A DNA stretch of 32,000 bases from Acaryochloris thomasi RCC1774. GTDB taxonomy: Bacteria; Cyanobacteriota; Cyanobacteriia; Thermosynechococcales; Thermosynechococcaceae. Every line of letters begins with the position of its first letter. Position 1 is the first letter of the stretch. The notes beneath the pieces were generated by a model, which was given only the letters and a program-made list of their open reading frames with translations, ran no database searches and had not been told where the DNA came from. The DNA is taken from NCBI RefSeq assembly GCF_003231495.1, contig NZ_PQWO01000025.1, positions 22,320 to 54,319 of the forward strand, in the 5' to 3' direction. This document shows positions 1 through 10,286 of this stretch, piece by piece. The position numbers were made by a program, and so were the translations under genes.

Positions 1-1023
1 CTGCGGGAGCTACGCGCTCAGTTGGCTGGAGTAGAGACCCAACGCCCTAAGTCGGCGGCATTGGCCCAAGCCCAAGCCCAGATTCAAGGTGCGATCGCAA
101 CCCAACAACAAGCCGAAGCTAAATATCAAGAAGCCCAGGCCGACCTCGCTCAGACAAGTCGCGATCGCAAACGCGCCCAAGACCTTGAGAAATCCGGTGC
201 CCAATCTCGTAAGGTTAGAGAAGATGCAGAGCTAGCTGAGACTCAACGGCAACAAGAAGTAAAGGCCGCCCGGAATCAGGTGGAAGTTGCCGCAGCAAAT
301 GTAGCCGCAGCCCGAAAAGCGCTATCTGTCCTCCAGGCCGAGCAGAAAGATCCTGACTACCTCCAGGATGTCTATCGCGCTCAAATTGCCAGTACAGAAT
401 CCACGTTGACCAATCTTGCCGATGAAGCCCGTCGCACTGCTGTTCGCGCTCCGGTGGGGGGGAATGTACTCCGAGTGATGGAAGAAAGTGCTCGCTTTGT
501 TCAGGCAGGCGATCCGCTCCTTGAGTTAGGCAATGCTACCCAACTGGAATTGGCAATCGATGTTCTCTCCACCGATGCAGTTAAAGTCAAACCAGGTGCC
601 TCAATCAACATTGAACACTGGGGTGGAGAGCAACCTCTGCAGGCCCAAGTCCGCTACTTAGAACCGTCAGCCTTCACAGAGGTTTCCGCCTTGGGGGTCG
701 ATGAGCAGCGTGTGAATGTGATTGCCAATTTTGCCAATCCACCTCGGTCTTTGGGGGATGGCTATCGGGTCGAAGCTCAAATCGTGGTTTGGGAAGATGA
801 AGACGCCTTGAAAGTTCCTTTGAGTGCCCTGTTTCGTTGTGGCGATCAGGACTGGTGTACGTTTGTGGCTGAGCAGGGGAAAGCCCAGCGGCGTCAGGTG
901 GTGATTGGTCAGCGAAGTAGTTTAGAGGCTGCGGTTGATGAAGGATTGAAAGCAGGTGATCAGGTGATTTTGCATCCCAGTGAGCAGATCAAAGCAGGGC
1001 AGTGGATTAGTAACAGATCATAA
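1..1023 (+). CDS. HlyD-family periplasmic adaptor (membrane fusion protein) of an efflux/secretion system, 5'-truncated by the window edge
   Basis: The frame is open from nt 1, so the TTG at 22 in the track is not a real start. A Q/A/E-rich coiled-coil segment is followed by a beta-rich C-terminal part (VRAPVGGNVL, GDPLLEL, GDQVILHP) typical of HlyD/MFP adaptors. Stop codon at 1021-1023. Confidence 0.8.
   Translation: MRELRAQLAGVETQRPKSAALAQAQAQIQGAIATQQQAEAKYQEAQADLAQTSRDRKRAQDLEKSGAQSRKVREDAELAETQRQQEVKAARNQVEVAAANVAAARKALSVLQAEQKDPDYLQDVYRAQIASTESTLTNLADEARRTAVRAPVGGNVLRVMEESARFVQAGDPLLELGNATQLELAIDVLSTDAVKVKPGASINIEHWGGEQPLQAQVRYLEPSAFTEVSALGVDEQRVNVIANFANPPRSLGDGYRVEAQIVVWEDEDALKVPLSALFRCGDQDWCTFVAEQGKAQRRQVVIGQRSSLEAAVDEGLKAGDQVILHPSEQIKAGQWISNRS
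91..98. repeat. HIP1 octamer GCGATCGC
   Basis: Perfect match read directly. Confidence 0.95.
161..168. repeat. HIP1 octamer GCGATCGC
   Basis: Perfect match read directly. Confidence 0.95.
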
Positions 1024-1083
1024 TTTCTCCCTCATAGAAACCTCAAAGTAATTTTTTAGAGTTGGTGTGTGGCAATCTAAACC

Positions 1084-1503
1084 ATGTATGAATTTGAGGA
1101 GCTAACTTTTACTATGGAGTACCTCTACTTTTTTGCGAATGCTAGCCTCACACTTGAAGCGATCGACTATTTGATTAAACGCGATCACCTTCCCTTGGAT
1201 TACGTTACTGTTGTCCATTCACCTGAGGGATGGTTGATTCGGATGAAATTTGACGGATGCATCGAGCCTAAGTTGGAGGCCGATTTCCTGGCGGTAATGA
1301 ATGAATTTGGCCATCCCTACGAGGCTTCTATGCCGATGGTTATAGCTTTGGAGGGTATAGATACAGGCCAGACAACGGAAGAAATCTTGCATCGACATCT
1401 AATTTCAGTCATTGCTCACGGAAAACCAGATCGGAAAAACATCGAAGTCTTTCAGCAAGAGTTCGTCCAAGGGGCATCTATCTGCCCAAAAAGTCTCAAA
1501 TAG
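1084..1503 (+). CDS. hypothetical protein (139 aa)
   Basis: Long ORF with an ATG start in a coding-dense plus-strand context. I recognise no motif. Confidence 0.55.
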   Translation: MYEFEELTFTMEYLYFFANASLTLEAIDYLIKRDHLPLDYVTVVHSPEGWLIRMKFDGCIEPKLEADFLAVMNEFGHPYEASMPMVIALEGIDTGQTTEEILHRHLISVIAHGKPDRKNIEVFQQEFVQGASICPKSLK

Positions 1504-1529
1504 TTGTTGCTGAATGGGAGGATTTTGCG

Positions 1530-1961
1530 ATGATTAATACTAATTCAAGCCAACATTCCGAACAGACTCAGACTGAGTTCGGTTCTTGGGATGCTCCTCT
1601 TACAGAACCGCTATCGGGGTCTCAGCCGACGGATCATCCATCACCGATCTCATCTCCCCCCTTTCTCAGCCCCGCAGGTGTCCCAATGCCCTGTGTAATT
1701 TCTCTGGCAGGGAGTCCAACCGTGCAGTCTCTAATGCATTGGGGATTGAAGCTCTCTCCGAAGAGTCTCCATGTTGCGGAATGGAGAGATGCTCTGGCGC
1801 TTTTGATGTGGCAAGCCTCTGTCCTCCGGTTGTCTCAGATGCTCATTGAAGACGAGTTGAAGCTCAAAGTCTGCCGTAAAGGAACGCTGAGAACTCAAAT
1901 TCAGAATGCGTTAGCACTCCTCTTTTGGTTGGGGAATGATGGTGTAATGAGCCATGCTTAA
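1530..1961 (+). CDS. hypothetical protein (143 aa), Pro/Ser-rich N-terminus
   Basis: ATG preceded by a GGGAGG Shine-Dalgarno at about -12. No recognisable domain. The overlapping alternate-frame ORF 1586-1849 is rejected. Confidence 0.55.
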   Translation: MINTNSSQHSEQTQTEFGSWDAPLTEPLSGSQPTDHPSPISSPPFLSPAGVPMPCVISLAGSPTVQSLMHWGLKLSPKSLHVAEWRDALALLMWQASVLRLSQMLIEDELKLKVCRKGTLRTQIQNALALLFWLGNDGVMSHA

Positions 1962-1992
1962 ATGTCGATGCAGTTCTTAATCGATGTAGCTG

Positions 1993-3033
1993 ATGCAAAC
2001 GGGTTCGCTGTCTTGTCCGATTCCCATTGAGCAATACCCGCATGTTCTTCTGGCCCATGGGGGCGGTGGCAAATTAATGCATCAGCTCATTGAGCAGATG
2101 TTTATGAGATTGTTCCAGCCAGAGGTGCGTTGTCAGCACGATTCGGCAGTGTTGGAGATGCCGTCAGGACGCCTCGCCTTTACGACCGATTCCTATGTGG
2201 TACATCCCCTATTTTTCCCTGGGGGTGATATTGGTTCTTTGGCCGTTCACGGGACCATCAACGATCTAGCAATGGCGGGTGCTCGTCCCCTATATCTCAG
2301 CGCCAGCTTCATTCTAGAAGAGGGGCTAGCGATGGATACGCTCTGGCAAGTTGTGCAATCAATGCATCAGGCCGCTCAGCAGGCTAATGTACGGGTGGTA
2401 ACAGGAGACACAAAGGTTGTAGAACGAGGCAAGGGCGACGGTCTGTTTATTAATACAGCGGGCGTTGGTGTGATTGAGCACGAGCAAGTGATCCATCCGC
2501 AGTCTGTACGCCCCGGAGATGTCGTGTTGCTCAACGGTGACGTTGGACGCCACGGCATTGCCGTAATCGCAGTTAGGGAAGGGCTAGAGTTTGAAAGCAA
2601 TATTGAGAGCGATTCTGCTTTGCTCAATGATGTAGTGCTAAAGCTATTAGAGGCTGGGGTTGAGCTGCACTGTTTACGAGATTTGACTCGGGGGGGGCTT
2701 GCGAGTGCGTTGAACGAGATTGCAGAAGCCGCAGGGGTTACAATCGCACTCCAAGAAACAAGCATTCCCGTCCGAAAAGATGTGCAGGGAGCCTGTGAGA
2801 TTCTTGGATTTGATCCGTTATATGTTGCTAACGAAGGACGATTTGTAGCATTTATCCCGCAAAAATCTGTTGATCTAGCCCTTTCCATTTTGCACAGCCA
2901 AAATCATCCCTTGGCCCAGGTTATTGGTCAAGTGACAGAGAGTTCAGCGGCTCGTGTCACTATCAAGAGCAGAATTGGAACTCAGCGCATTGTTGACATG
3001 CTAAGTGGTGAACAGCTTCCCCGAATTTGCTAA
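1993..3033 (+). CDS. hypE: [NiFe]-hydrogenase maturation protein HypE (carbamoyl dehydratase, AIR-synthase/PurM-like fold)
   Basis: N-terminal CPIP...[15 protein letters not shown], a PurM-like core, and the diagnostic C-terminal PRIC ending in the catalytic Cys. 346 aa is the typical length. Confidence 0.92.
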   Translation: MQTGSLSCPIPIEQYPHVLLAHGGGGKLMHQLIEQMFMRLFQPEVRCQHDSAVLEMPSGRLAFTTDSYVVHPLFFPGGDIGSLAVHGTINDLAMAGARPLYLSASFILEEGLAMDTLWQVVQSMHQAAQQANVRVVTGDTKVVERGKGDGLFINTAGVGVIEHEQVIHPQSVRPGDVVLLNGDVGRHGIAVIAVREGLEFESNIESDSALLNDVVLKLLEAGVELHCLRDLTRGGLASALNEIAEAAGVTIALQETSIPVRKDVQGACEILGFDPLYVANEGRFVAFIPQKSVDLALSILHSQNHPLAQVIGQVTESSAARVTIKSRIGTQRIVDMLSGEQLPRIC

Positions 3034-3137
3034 GCGGCTAATGTCAGTTATGTAATTGTCTCGATAACAAACTTTTTGGGTTCTTCCCAGCTTTTGATGT
3101 CGCTTACTGCAGTCTTATGAGGTTATAGGTGTAGATA

Positions 3138-3164
3138 CTTCACAAGTTCCTCAAGTTATCGGTT
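3138..3164 (+). promoter_or_regulatory. recurrent intergenic box, copy A (upstream of the N-ATPase operon)
   Basis: CTTCACAAGTTCCTCAAGTTATCGGTT. The core TCACAAGTTCCTCAA is identical to copy C. It ends 77 nt before ATG 3231. Confidence 0.4.
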
Positions 3165-3176
3165 TATAAATCCTAA

Positions 3177-4664
<1,488 letters not shown>

Positions 4665-4733
4665 CGAGTTATGAGTTTTGAAGGATGAGTTTCGAGTTAG
4701 GACTATCTTCATCTCTGAAATTTTTGTGAAATC

Positions 4734-5111
4734 ATGCAAATCCAGATCTTTCTGCCGAATGAAATTTTGATTGACCAGTCTGTGAGTAAAGTCACGGCAG
4801 AGGCTGAGCATGGCACATTTTGTCTGTTGCCGCACCACATTGATTGTTTAGCAATTCTGGTTCCTGGCATTGTGACGCTGGTTGCTGACCAGGGCGAGGA
4901 AACCTTTGTCGCAGTAGATGAAGGGATTTTAGTGAAGTCTGGATCAGAGGTTCGGATCTCGACTCGCAATGCAGCGCAGGGGACAGAGTTAAATTGCTTG
5001 AAACAGCAGGTTGAGCAACAGTTCCGTGCAATCGATGAACAAGAACGATTAACCCGGTCTGCCCTCGCTCAGTTAGAAGCAAGTTTGGCACGTTACTTTA
5101 CTGCGCTGTAG
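4734..5111 (+). CDS. atpC: N-type F-ATPase epsilon subunit
   Basis: 125 aa. The N-terminal beta-sandwich pattern (VTAEAEHGTFCLLPHH...LVPG...VDEGILVK) is typical of epsilon. Positioned directly after beta. Confidence 0.85.
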   Translation: MQIQIFLPNEILIDQSVSKVTAEAEHGTFCLLPHHIDCLAILVPGIVTLVADQGEETFVAVDEGILVKSGSEVRISTRNAAQGTELNCLKQQVEQQFRAIDEQERLTRSALAQLEASLARYFTAL

Positions 5112-5123
5112 GGAGTGGCATTG

Positions 5124-5435
5124 ATGGGCAAACCACAACACCCAGAGGATTTGAATCCAACTAGAAAGGATGCGTTTCAAAGACAGGTCGAGGGTAAGGT
5201 TGACCGCAAAATCAAAGCGCGTCAACAGAAGAAGAGCGTCTGGTTTGGGTTAGGGATGTTTGGGTTAGTGGGGTGGTCGGTGGCGATTCCAACGCTGCTG
5301 GGCATTGCGCTGGGTGTGTGGCTCGACAGGCATATTTCTAGTCGCTATTCCTGGACTCTGATGATGTTGGTGATTGGGATGGGTTTAGGCTGCTTCAATG
5401 CCTGGTACTGGATCAGCAAGGAGAGCGGTCGATGA
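5124..5435 (+). CDS. atpQ: AtpQ (ATPase_gene1/AtpZ-like small membrane protein of N-ATPase operons)
   Basis: Basic N-terminus followed by two TM helices (WFGLGMFGLVGWSVAIPTLLGIALGVWLD; WTLMMLVIGMGLGCFNAWYWI). Third position in the operon. Possible starts are GTG 5115, TTG 5121 and ATG 5124; ATG 5124 follows GGGAG. Confidence 0.75.
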   Translation: MGKPQHPEDLNPTRKDAFQRQVEGKVDRKIKARQQKKSVWFGLGMFGLVGWSVAIPTLLGIALGVWLDRHISSRYSWTLMMLVIGMGLGCFNAWYWISKESGR

Positions 5436-6661
5436 ATGAGACGGTTCTTCTTTATCTTGTCTTGCTGGTTGGGACAACCGTTGTGGTGTCTATTTTGATC
5501 AAGGCAGGGCTGGAACGGATCGGTGTAGCTCCGTTAGTGGGGTATGTGTTGCTTGGCTTTGTTTTACAACTTTTAGATAGTCGTGGTTTTCTAACCTCCA
5601 ACACCGTCTTAGAAGTCTATGGTTTTCTGGCAGAGCTAGGCATTATCTCGTTACTGTTCCGAGTTGGCCTAGAGAGCAACCTCAGTGGATTATTACGTCA
5701 GTTACCCCACGCTTGCTTCCTGCTTACGGGGGATGTGCTGCTGAGCGGGTCTTTTGGTTTTGTCACAGCCTATTTCCTGTTGAAATTATCACTGATTCCC
5801 AGTCTGTTTATTAGCATTGCGCTGGTGGCAACGAGCGTGGGTATTTCGCTCAGCGTATGGCAAGAATCCCAGGCGCTCAACTCAAAAAACGGAGAGTTAC
5901 TCCTCGATATCGCTGAGATGGATGACATTGCGGCGATTATTCTCATGTCCTTATTGTTCGCAATTGCTCCGTTTTGGAATGGTGGTCAAGAAATAAGTTT
6001 CATTCCCCTTCTCGGGGAAGTGCTTGGACCGTTCCTATTAAAAGTTCTGATTTTTGGTACGTTCTGCTTGATCTTTTTCCGCTATATTGAGCACCCACTC
6101 ACTCATTTTTTCAGCAAGATTGAGCCAGCCCCCGATCCGATGTTGATGGTTGCGGGGACTGGTTTTATGATTGCTGCTCTAGCTGGACTATTGGGTTTTT
6201 CCGTTGCTGTAGGGGCATTCTTTGCCGGACTGGCATTTAGCCGTGATCCAGAAGCCGTCAAACTGGATGCCTCTTTTGGAGCGCTGTACGAATTCTTTGT
6301 TCCCTTTTTCTTTGTCAATATTGGCTTGCAGATTAAGTTGCAGGCTCTGGAAACTGCGCTGGGATTGAGTGTACTGCTCCTGATCGTAGCACTGCTCGGT
6401 AAGCTCATTGGCATTGGGGGACTGATGTTGATCACTCGAAGCGAGGCTGCAAGTGCGACATTGTTGGGAATTAGTATGATTCCTCGTGCAGAAATTACGA
6501 TGGTGATTATGCAGAGAGGGCGTGATTTAGGAGATTGGGCAGTATCGTCTCAAATTTTTGCTGGTATGGCCTTGGTTGCGATCGCAACCTGCATCATCTC
6601 TCCAGTACTGCTATACCCCTTACTCAAGCAGTGGCCTCAAAAACAAGAGGTTAAAGCATGA
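5432..6661 (+). CDS. cation:proton antiporter (Na+/H+ exchanger family, CPA2-like, 409 aa)
   Basis: Polytopic membrane protein. It has an ATS motif (LVATSVGIS) and a paired-Asp motif (AEMDDIAAII, D164/D165) like the TM4/TM5 signatures of CPA antiporters. The start ATG 5432 overlaps the atpQ stop (ATGA), and its stop overlaps the atpR start (ATGA at 6658-6661). Confidence 0.85.
   Translation: MNETVLLYLVLLVGTTVVVSILIKAGLERIGVAPLVGYVLLGFVLQLLDSRGFLTSNTVLEVYGFLAELGIISLLFRVGLESNLSGLLRQLPHACFLLTGDVLLSGSFGFVTAYFLLKLSLIPSLFISIALVATSVGISLSVWQESQALNSKNGELLLDIAEMDDIAAIILMSLLFAIAPFWNGGQEISFIPLLGEVLGPFLLKVLIFGTFCLIFFRYIEHPLTHFFSKIEPAPDPMLMVAGTGFMIAALAGLLGFSVAVGAFFAGLAFSRDPEAVKLDASFGALYEFFVPFFFVNIGLQIKLQALETALGLSVLLLIVALLGKLIGIGGLMLITRSEAASATLLGISMIPRAEITMVIMQRGRDLGDWAVSSQIFAGMALVAIATCIISPVLLYPLLKQWPQKQEVKA
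6578..6585. repeat. HIP1 octamer GCGATCGC
   Basis: Perfect match read directly. Confidence 0.95.
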
Positions 6662-6972
6662 CCGAAATCTCACCTACATTAATCACTGCACTCTTGTTAG
6701 GGGGAGGCTTAGGGATACTCTACTTCGGCGGTTTGTGGTTCACCATTCAACAGCTAACCCACACAAAGAAACCTGTGGTACTAATGTGGACCAGCTTCTT
6801 ACTGCGTCTGGGAGCTGTGCTCGGCTTCTTTCATCTCATTCTTCAGCACGGCGCGACCGATCAATTGCTTGCGTTATTGCTGCTTTGCTTTCTAGGATTC
6901 CTCCTGGCTCGGAATCTTTTGATTAGCAGCGTTATACCCAAGAGGAGGCTAAAAAATGAATCTCACCCCTGA
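6658..6972 (+). CDS. atpR: AtpR (N-ATPase-specific small membrane subunit)
   Basis: 104 aa with three hydrophobic helices and intramembrane Arg residues (SFLLRLGAV, GFLLARNLL), as described for AtpR. Lies immediately upstream of subunit a. Confidence 0.75.
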   Translation: MTEISPTLITALLLGGGLGILYFGGLWFTIQQLTHTKKPVVLMWTSFLLRLGAVLGFFHLILQHGATDQLLALLLLCFLGFLLARNLLISSVIPKRRLKNESHP

Positions 6973-7660
6973 TCAAATTATCATCTGGCAATGGGGAGCA
7001 TTCTCTCTCAATGCCACGCTGCTTTTCACTTGGCTGGTCATGGGACTGCTGGTGATGGGTTCTTGGCTCATCACTCGTCAGCTCTCAAACTCGACGCAGA
7101 TATCACGAGGGCAGAACCTTCTAGAGGTTATCGTTCTGGGGATTAGCAACCAGATCCAGGAAATTAGCGAGCAACCGCCTGGACCTTATCTACCCTTTGT
7201 AGGGACGCTCTTTATTTTTATTGCGTTTTCAAATCTGTTCAGCGTGGTTCCGGGCTATCAGCCTCCGACAGGGTCTCTCTCGACCACAACGGCATTGGCG
7301 CTCTGTGTTTTCTGTGCCGTCCCCCTCTATGGGATCAAGAAAAAAGGAGTTTGGGGCTATCTGCAGCAATATCTACAGCCGAGTCCGGTAATGCTGCCCT
7401 TTAATATCATTGGAGACTTCTCGCGAATTGTAGCCCTTGCGGTTCGCCTGTTCGGCAATGTCATGAGTGGCACCATGATTGTCGCTATTCTGCTGTCCGT
7501 GGCTCCGTTGCTATTCCCCGTGGTCATGCAAATGCTGGGGTTATTAACCGGATTGATTCAAGCCTATATTTTCGCCATTCTGGCAATGGTGTTTATCGCG
7601 GCAGCGAGCCAGGTAGACAAGAAACAACATCCGACTATCAGTGAGGAAACCCATGGATAA
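6956..7660 (+). CDS. atpB: N-type F-ATPase subunit a
   Basis: 234 aa polytopic protein with the conserved stator arginine context (LAVRLFGNVMSG) and the C-terminal QAYIFAILA helix. Overlaps atpR by 17 nt. Confidence 0.9.
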   Translation: MNLTPDQIIIWQWGAFSLNATLLFTWLVMGLLVMGSWLITRQLSNSTQISRGQNLLEVIVLGISNQIQEISEQPPGPYLPFVGTLFIFIAFSNLFSVVPGYQPPTGSLSTTTALALCVFCAVPLYGIKKKGVWGYLQQYLQPSPVMLPFNIIGDFSRIVALAVRLFGNVMSGTMIVAILLSVAPLLFPVVMQMLGLLTGLIQAYIFAILAMVFIAAASQVDKKQHPTISEETHG

Positions 7661-7943
7661 TATTGCCTTAATCGGGATGGCTTCGATTGTGATGTCAGGA
7701 TTCACTATAGCCATTGGTTCCATTGGTCCTGCCTTGGGAGAGGGGCGAGCGTTATCCCAAGCGCTCAGCGCCATTGCTCAACAGCCCGATGAAGCTAATA
7801 CCATCACGCGGGTGCTGTTTGTCGGCATGGCGCTGGTGGAATCAACAGCCATTTACTGCTTTGTAATTACGCTAATTTTGATTTTTGCCAATCCCTTTTG
7901 GGCCTACGTCGTAGAGCAGGCCATTACGGCGGGGGGAGGGTAG
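7653..7943 (+). CDS. atpE: N-type F-ATPase subunit c (Na+-type ion-site signature)
   Basis: Hairpin of two TM helices with an RQPD/E-type loop (AQQPDE). Helix 2 reads LVESTAIY and helix 1 reads GPALGEG. The track start at 7641 is GTG; ATG 7653 follows GAGGAAA and overlaps the atpB stop by 8 nt. Confidence 0.9.
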   Translation: MDNIALIGMASIVMSGFTIAIGSIGPALGEGRALSQALSAIAQQPDEANTITRVLFVGMALVESTAIYCFVITLILIFANPFWAYVVEQAITAGGG

Positions 7944-7946
7944 GAA

Positions 7947-8735
7947 ATGCTAATCGATCCCTTAACCACCTTTGCCCAAATCATCAATTTTCTGATTTTG
8001 GTGGCATTGCTGAAGCGGTTCCTCTATGTTCCGATTACCCGCGTGATGAAACAGCGAGAGCACCGCATTGCAATGCAGCTACAGGAGGCTGCAGCCAAAG
8101 AGGAAATGGCTCAACAAGAAGCGGAACGATATCGCCAAATGCAGCGTGATCTAGAGGCTCAGCAGGCTCAATTCCTAGCGCAGGCCCAACTGGATGCGGA
8201 TGAGCATCGACAAATGTTGCTGCAGAACGCACGGGAAGATGTGGATAGCATCCATGCTACATGGACTGCGGCGGTCGAGTGCGAGAAGCAGGTGTTTTTG
8301 GGGGCACTCAGGCAGCGGGCGGGGCAGCAGGTGGCGACAACGGTGCGCGGCGTGCTTCGAGACTTGGCGAACACGAATTTAGAGCTGCAGATAGTCGAAG
8401 CTTTTATCGTTCATTTGAGTCACCTCACCGTGCAGGAACAAGAGACGCTAGAGGCGGCCTTATCAACCTCAAATGCTCAAGAACTGGTTATTCAGAGTAC
8501 ATTCCCGATTTCGGCTGTAGACCAAGCCAGGGTACTGGAAGCATTGTATGTGCAGACCACGACTCTGGTAGGTCTTGGCATGGGCCAGTTTGTAATCGTT
8601 CCCGATCTGATGTGTGGGATTGAACTGAAGATTCCGGGATACAAGCTGGCTTGGAACCTAGCGCACTACCTTGAGCGCCTAGAAGAGAATTTAGCACGGG
8701 TTTTGGATAGTACCGCATTAGCGGAGGACGGATAA
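7947..8735 (+). CDS. atpF: N-type F-ATPase subunit b (long form, 262 aa)
   Basis: Single N-terminal TM helix (FAQIINFLILVALL) followed by a long charged helical region rich in Q/E/A/R. Positioned between c and alpha. Confidence 0.85.
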   Translation: MLIDPLTTFAQIINFLILVALLKRFLYVPITRVMKQREHRIAMQLQEAAAKEEMAQQEAERYRQMQRDLEAQQAQFLAQAQLDADEHRQMLLQNAREDVDSIHATWTAAVECEKQVFLGALRQRAGQQVATTVRGVLRDLANTNLELQIVEAFIVHLSHLTVQEQETLEAALSTSNAQELVIQSTFPISAVDQARVLEALYVQTTTLVGLGMGQFVIVPDLMCGIELKIPGYKLAWNLAHYLERLEENLARVLDSTALAEDG

Positions 8736-8738
8736 ATA

Positions 8739-10271
8739 ATGGCGACGCCCGAGCTTGATATTTTGAAGCCGGTTTTGGAGGACGTTTTTGCAGCCTTTGA
8801 GCAGGTTGAAGGTCAGTATCCCTTTGAATTGCGAAGTCAGGAAGTAGGGACGGTAACCAGTTTGGGCCACGGTATTGCGCGGGCGACGGGGCTGACCCAT
8901 GTTCAATCCGAGGAGCTGGTGAAATTTCCTGGAGATCGCATGGGCATTGCCTTCAACCTCGATCCAGAGGAAGTGGGCCTAATTTTGCTCGATGATAGCC
9001 GTTCTTTGAAGGCGGGATGCGAAGTTCAGCGCACTGGGCGGGTCTTAGACGTACCAGTGGGAGAAGCGTTTTTAGGTCGCGTAGTGGATGCGACCGGACG
9101 CCCCCTCGATCACCGAGGGATAGTGAGGACGTTTGAGCGTCGCGCCGTTGAACGGGAAGCTCCAGCAATTATGGATCGTGCTCCGGTGACGGTACCGCTG
9201 CAGACGGGGATTAAGGTGATTGATGCGCTGATTCCCATTGGTCGGGGACAGCGGGAACTGATTTTAGGCGATCGCCAAACGGGTAAAACAGCCATTGCCA
9301 TCGATACGATCCTCAACCAGAAGGGCAAGGACATCATCTGTATCTATTGCGCCATCGGCCAGCGCAGTTCTGCCGTAGCTAAGTTAATTGCGGAATTACG
9401 AGATCGCAATGCAATGGACTACTGCATCGTAGTAGTGGCTGGAGGCGAAGCGACACCCGGCCTGCAATACATTACCCCCTACGCCGCCACCACAATGGCA
9501 GAGTACTTCATGGAACAGGGGCGAGACGTGTTGATCATCTACGACGATCTGATTCAACATGCCCGTGCCTATCGTGAACTGTCGCTGCTGCTGCGCCGCC
9601 CGCCTGGTCGTGAAGCCTTCCCTGGCGATATTTTCTATATTCATGCTCGGTTATTAGAGCGGGCCACTCATCTGCACCCTGATTTAGGCGGTGGCTCTTT
9701 AACCGCCCTACCCATTATCGAAACGGAGGCCCAAAATCTATCGGCCTATATTCCGACGAACCTGGTCTCAATTACCGACGGGCAAATCTATCTGACGCCC
9801 GATCTGTTTCAAAAGGGGATATTCCCCGCCGTGGATGTGGGGAAATCTGTTTCCCGTGTAGGAGGAAAAGCTCAGCTCCCGGCTTATCGAAGCGTTGCGG
9901 GTGATTTACGCCTCTCCTATTCACAGTTTGAAGAGTTAGAATCCTTTGCTCGGTTTGGGACTCGTCTGGAAGCGTCAACCCTCCAGTCTTTAGATCGCGG
10001 TCGTCGGGTTCGAGAAGTTTTGCAGCAGCGACAGTATCAGCCTCTGTCGGTTGAGGGGCAAATTGCCGTGCTGTTGGCGGTGACTCAAGGGTTATTTGAT
10101 ACAGTCCCCCTCGATCAAGTATCTGAGGTAGAGGATCAGGTCGGTCAGGCTGTGCAGCGAGAGTTACCGGAGATCTGCGATCGGATTCAGAGTGGGACTA
10201 AGCTGAGTGAAGACGATCGCAATTCTCTTCTGCAGTGCATCGCAGCGAACTTATCAAATTGGTCGGAATAA
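8739..10271 (+). CDS. atpA: N-type F-ATPase alpha subunit
   Basis: Walker A GDRQTGKT, plus CIYCAIGQR and [21 protein letters not shown](F)PGD motifs. 510 aa. Confidence 0.93.
   Translation: MATPELDILKPVLEDVFAAFEQVEGQYPFELRSQEVGTVTSLGHGIARATGLTHVQSEELVKFPGDRMGIAFNLDPEEVGLILLDDSRSLKAGCEVQRTGRVLDVPVGEAFLGRVVDATGRPLDHRGIVRTFERRAVEREAPAIMDRAPVTVPLQTGIKVIDALIPIGRGQRELILGDRQTGKTAIAIDTILNQKGKDIICIYCAIGQRSSAVAKLIAELRDRNAMDYCIVVVAGGEATPGLQYITPYAATTMAEYFMEQGRDVLIIYDDLIQHARAYRELSLLLRRPPGREAFPGDIFYIHARLLERATHLHPDLGGGSLTALPIIETEAQNLSAYIPTNLVSITDGQIYLTPDLFQKGIFPAVDVGKSVSRVGGKAQLPAYRSVAGDLRLSYSQFEELESFARFGTRLEASTLQSLDRGRRVREVLQQRQYQPLSVEGQIAVLLAVTQGLFDTVPLDQVSEVEDQVGQAVQRELPEICDRIQSGTKLSEDDRNSLLQCIAANLSNWSE
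9268..9275. repeat. HIP1 octamer GCGATCGC
   Basis: Perfect match read directly. Confidence 0.95.
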
Positions 10272-10286
10272 AGGGGAGTAGGAACT

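Noticed and set aside
6558-6926. 122-aa ORF overlapping the antiporter 3' end and atpR
   Set aside because: It is out of frame relative to two membrane proteins that have coherent TM helices and ATGA-coupled junctions.
8261-8623. Alternate-frame plus-strand ORFs within atpF (7898-8149, 8194-8382, 8261-8623)
   Set aside because: Gly/Arg-rich out-of-frame translations of the Q/E/A-rich b-subunit coding region, with no independent start signals. The atpF frame gives a canonical TM-plus-helix b subunit.
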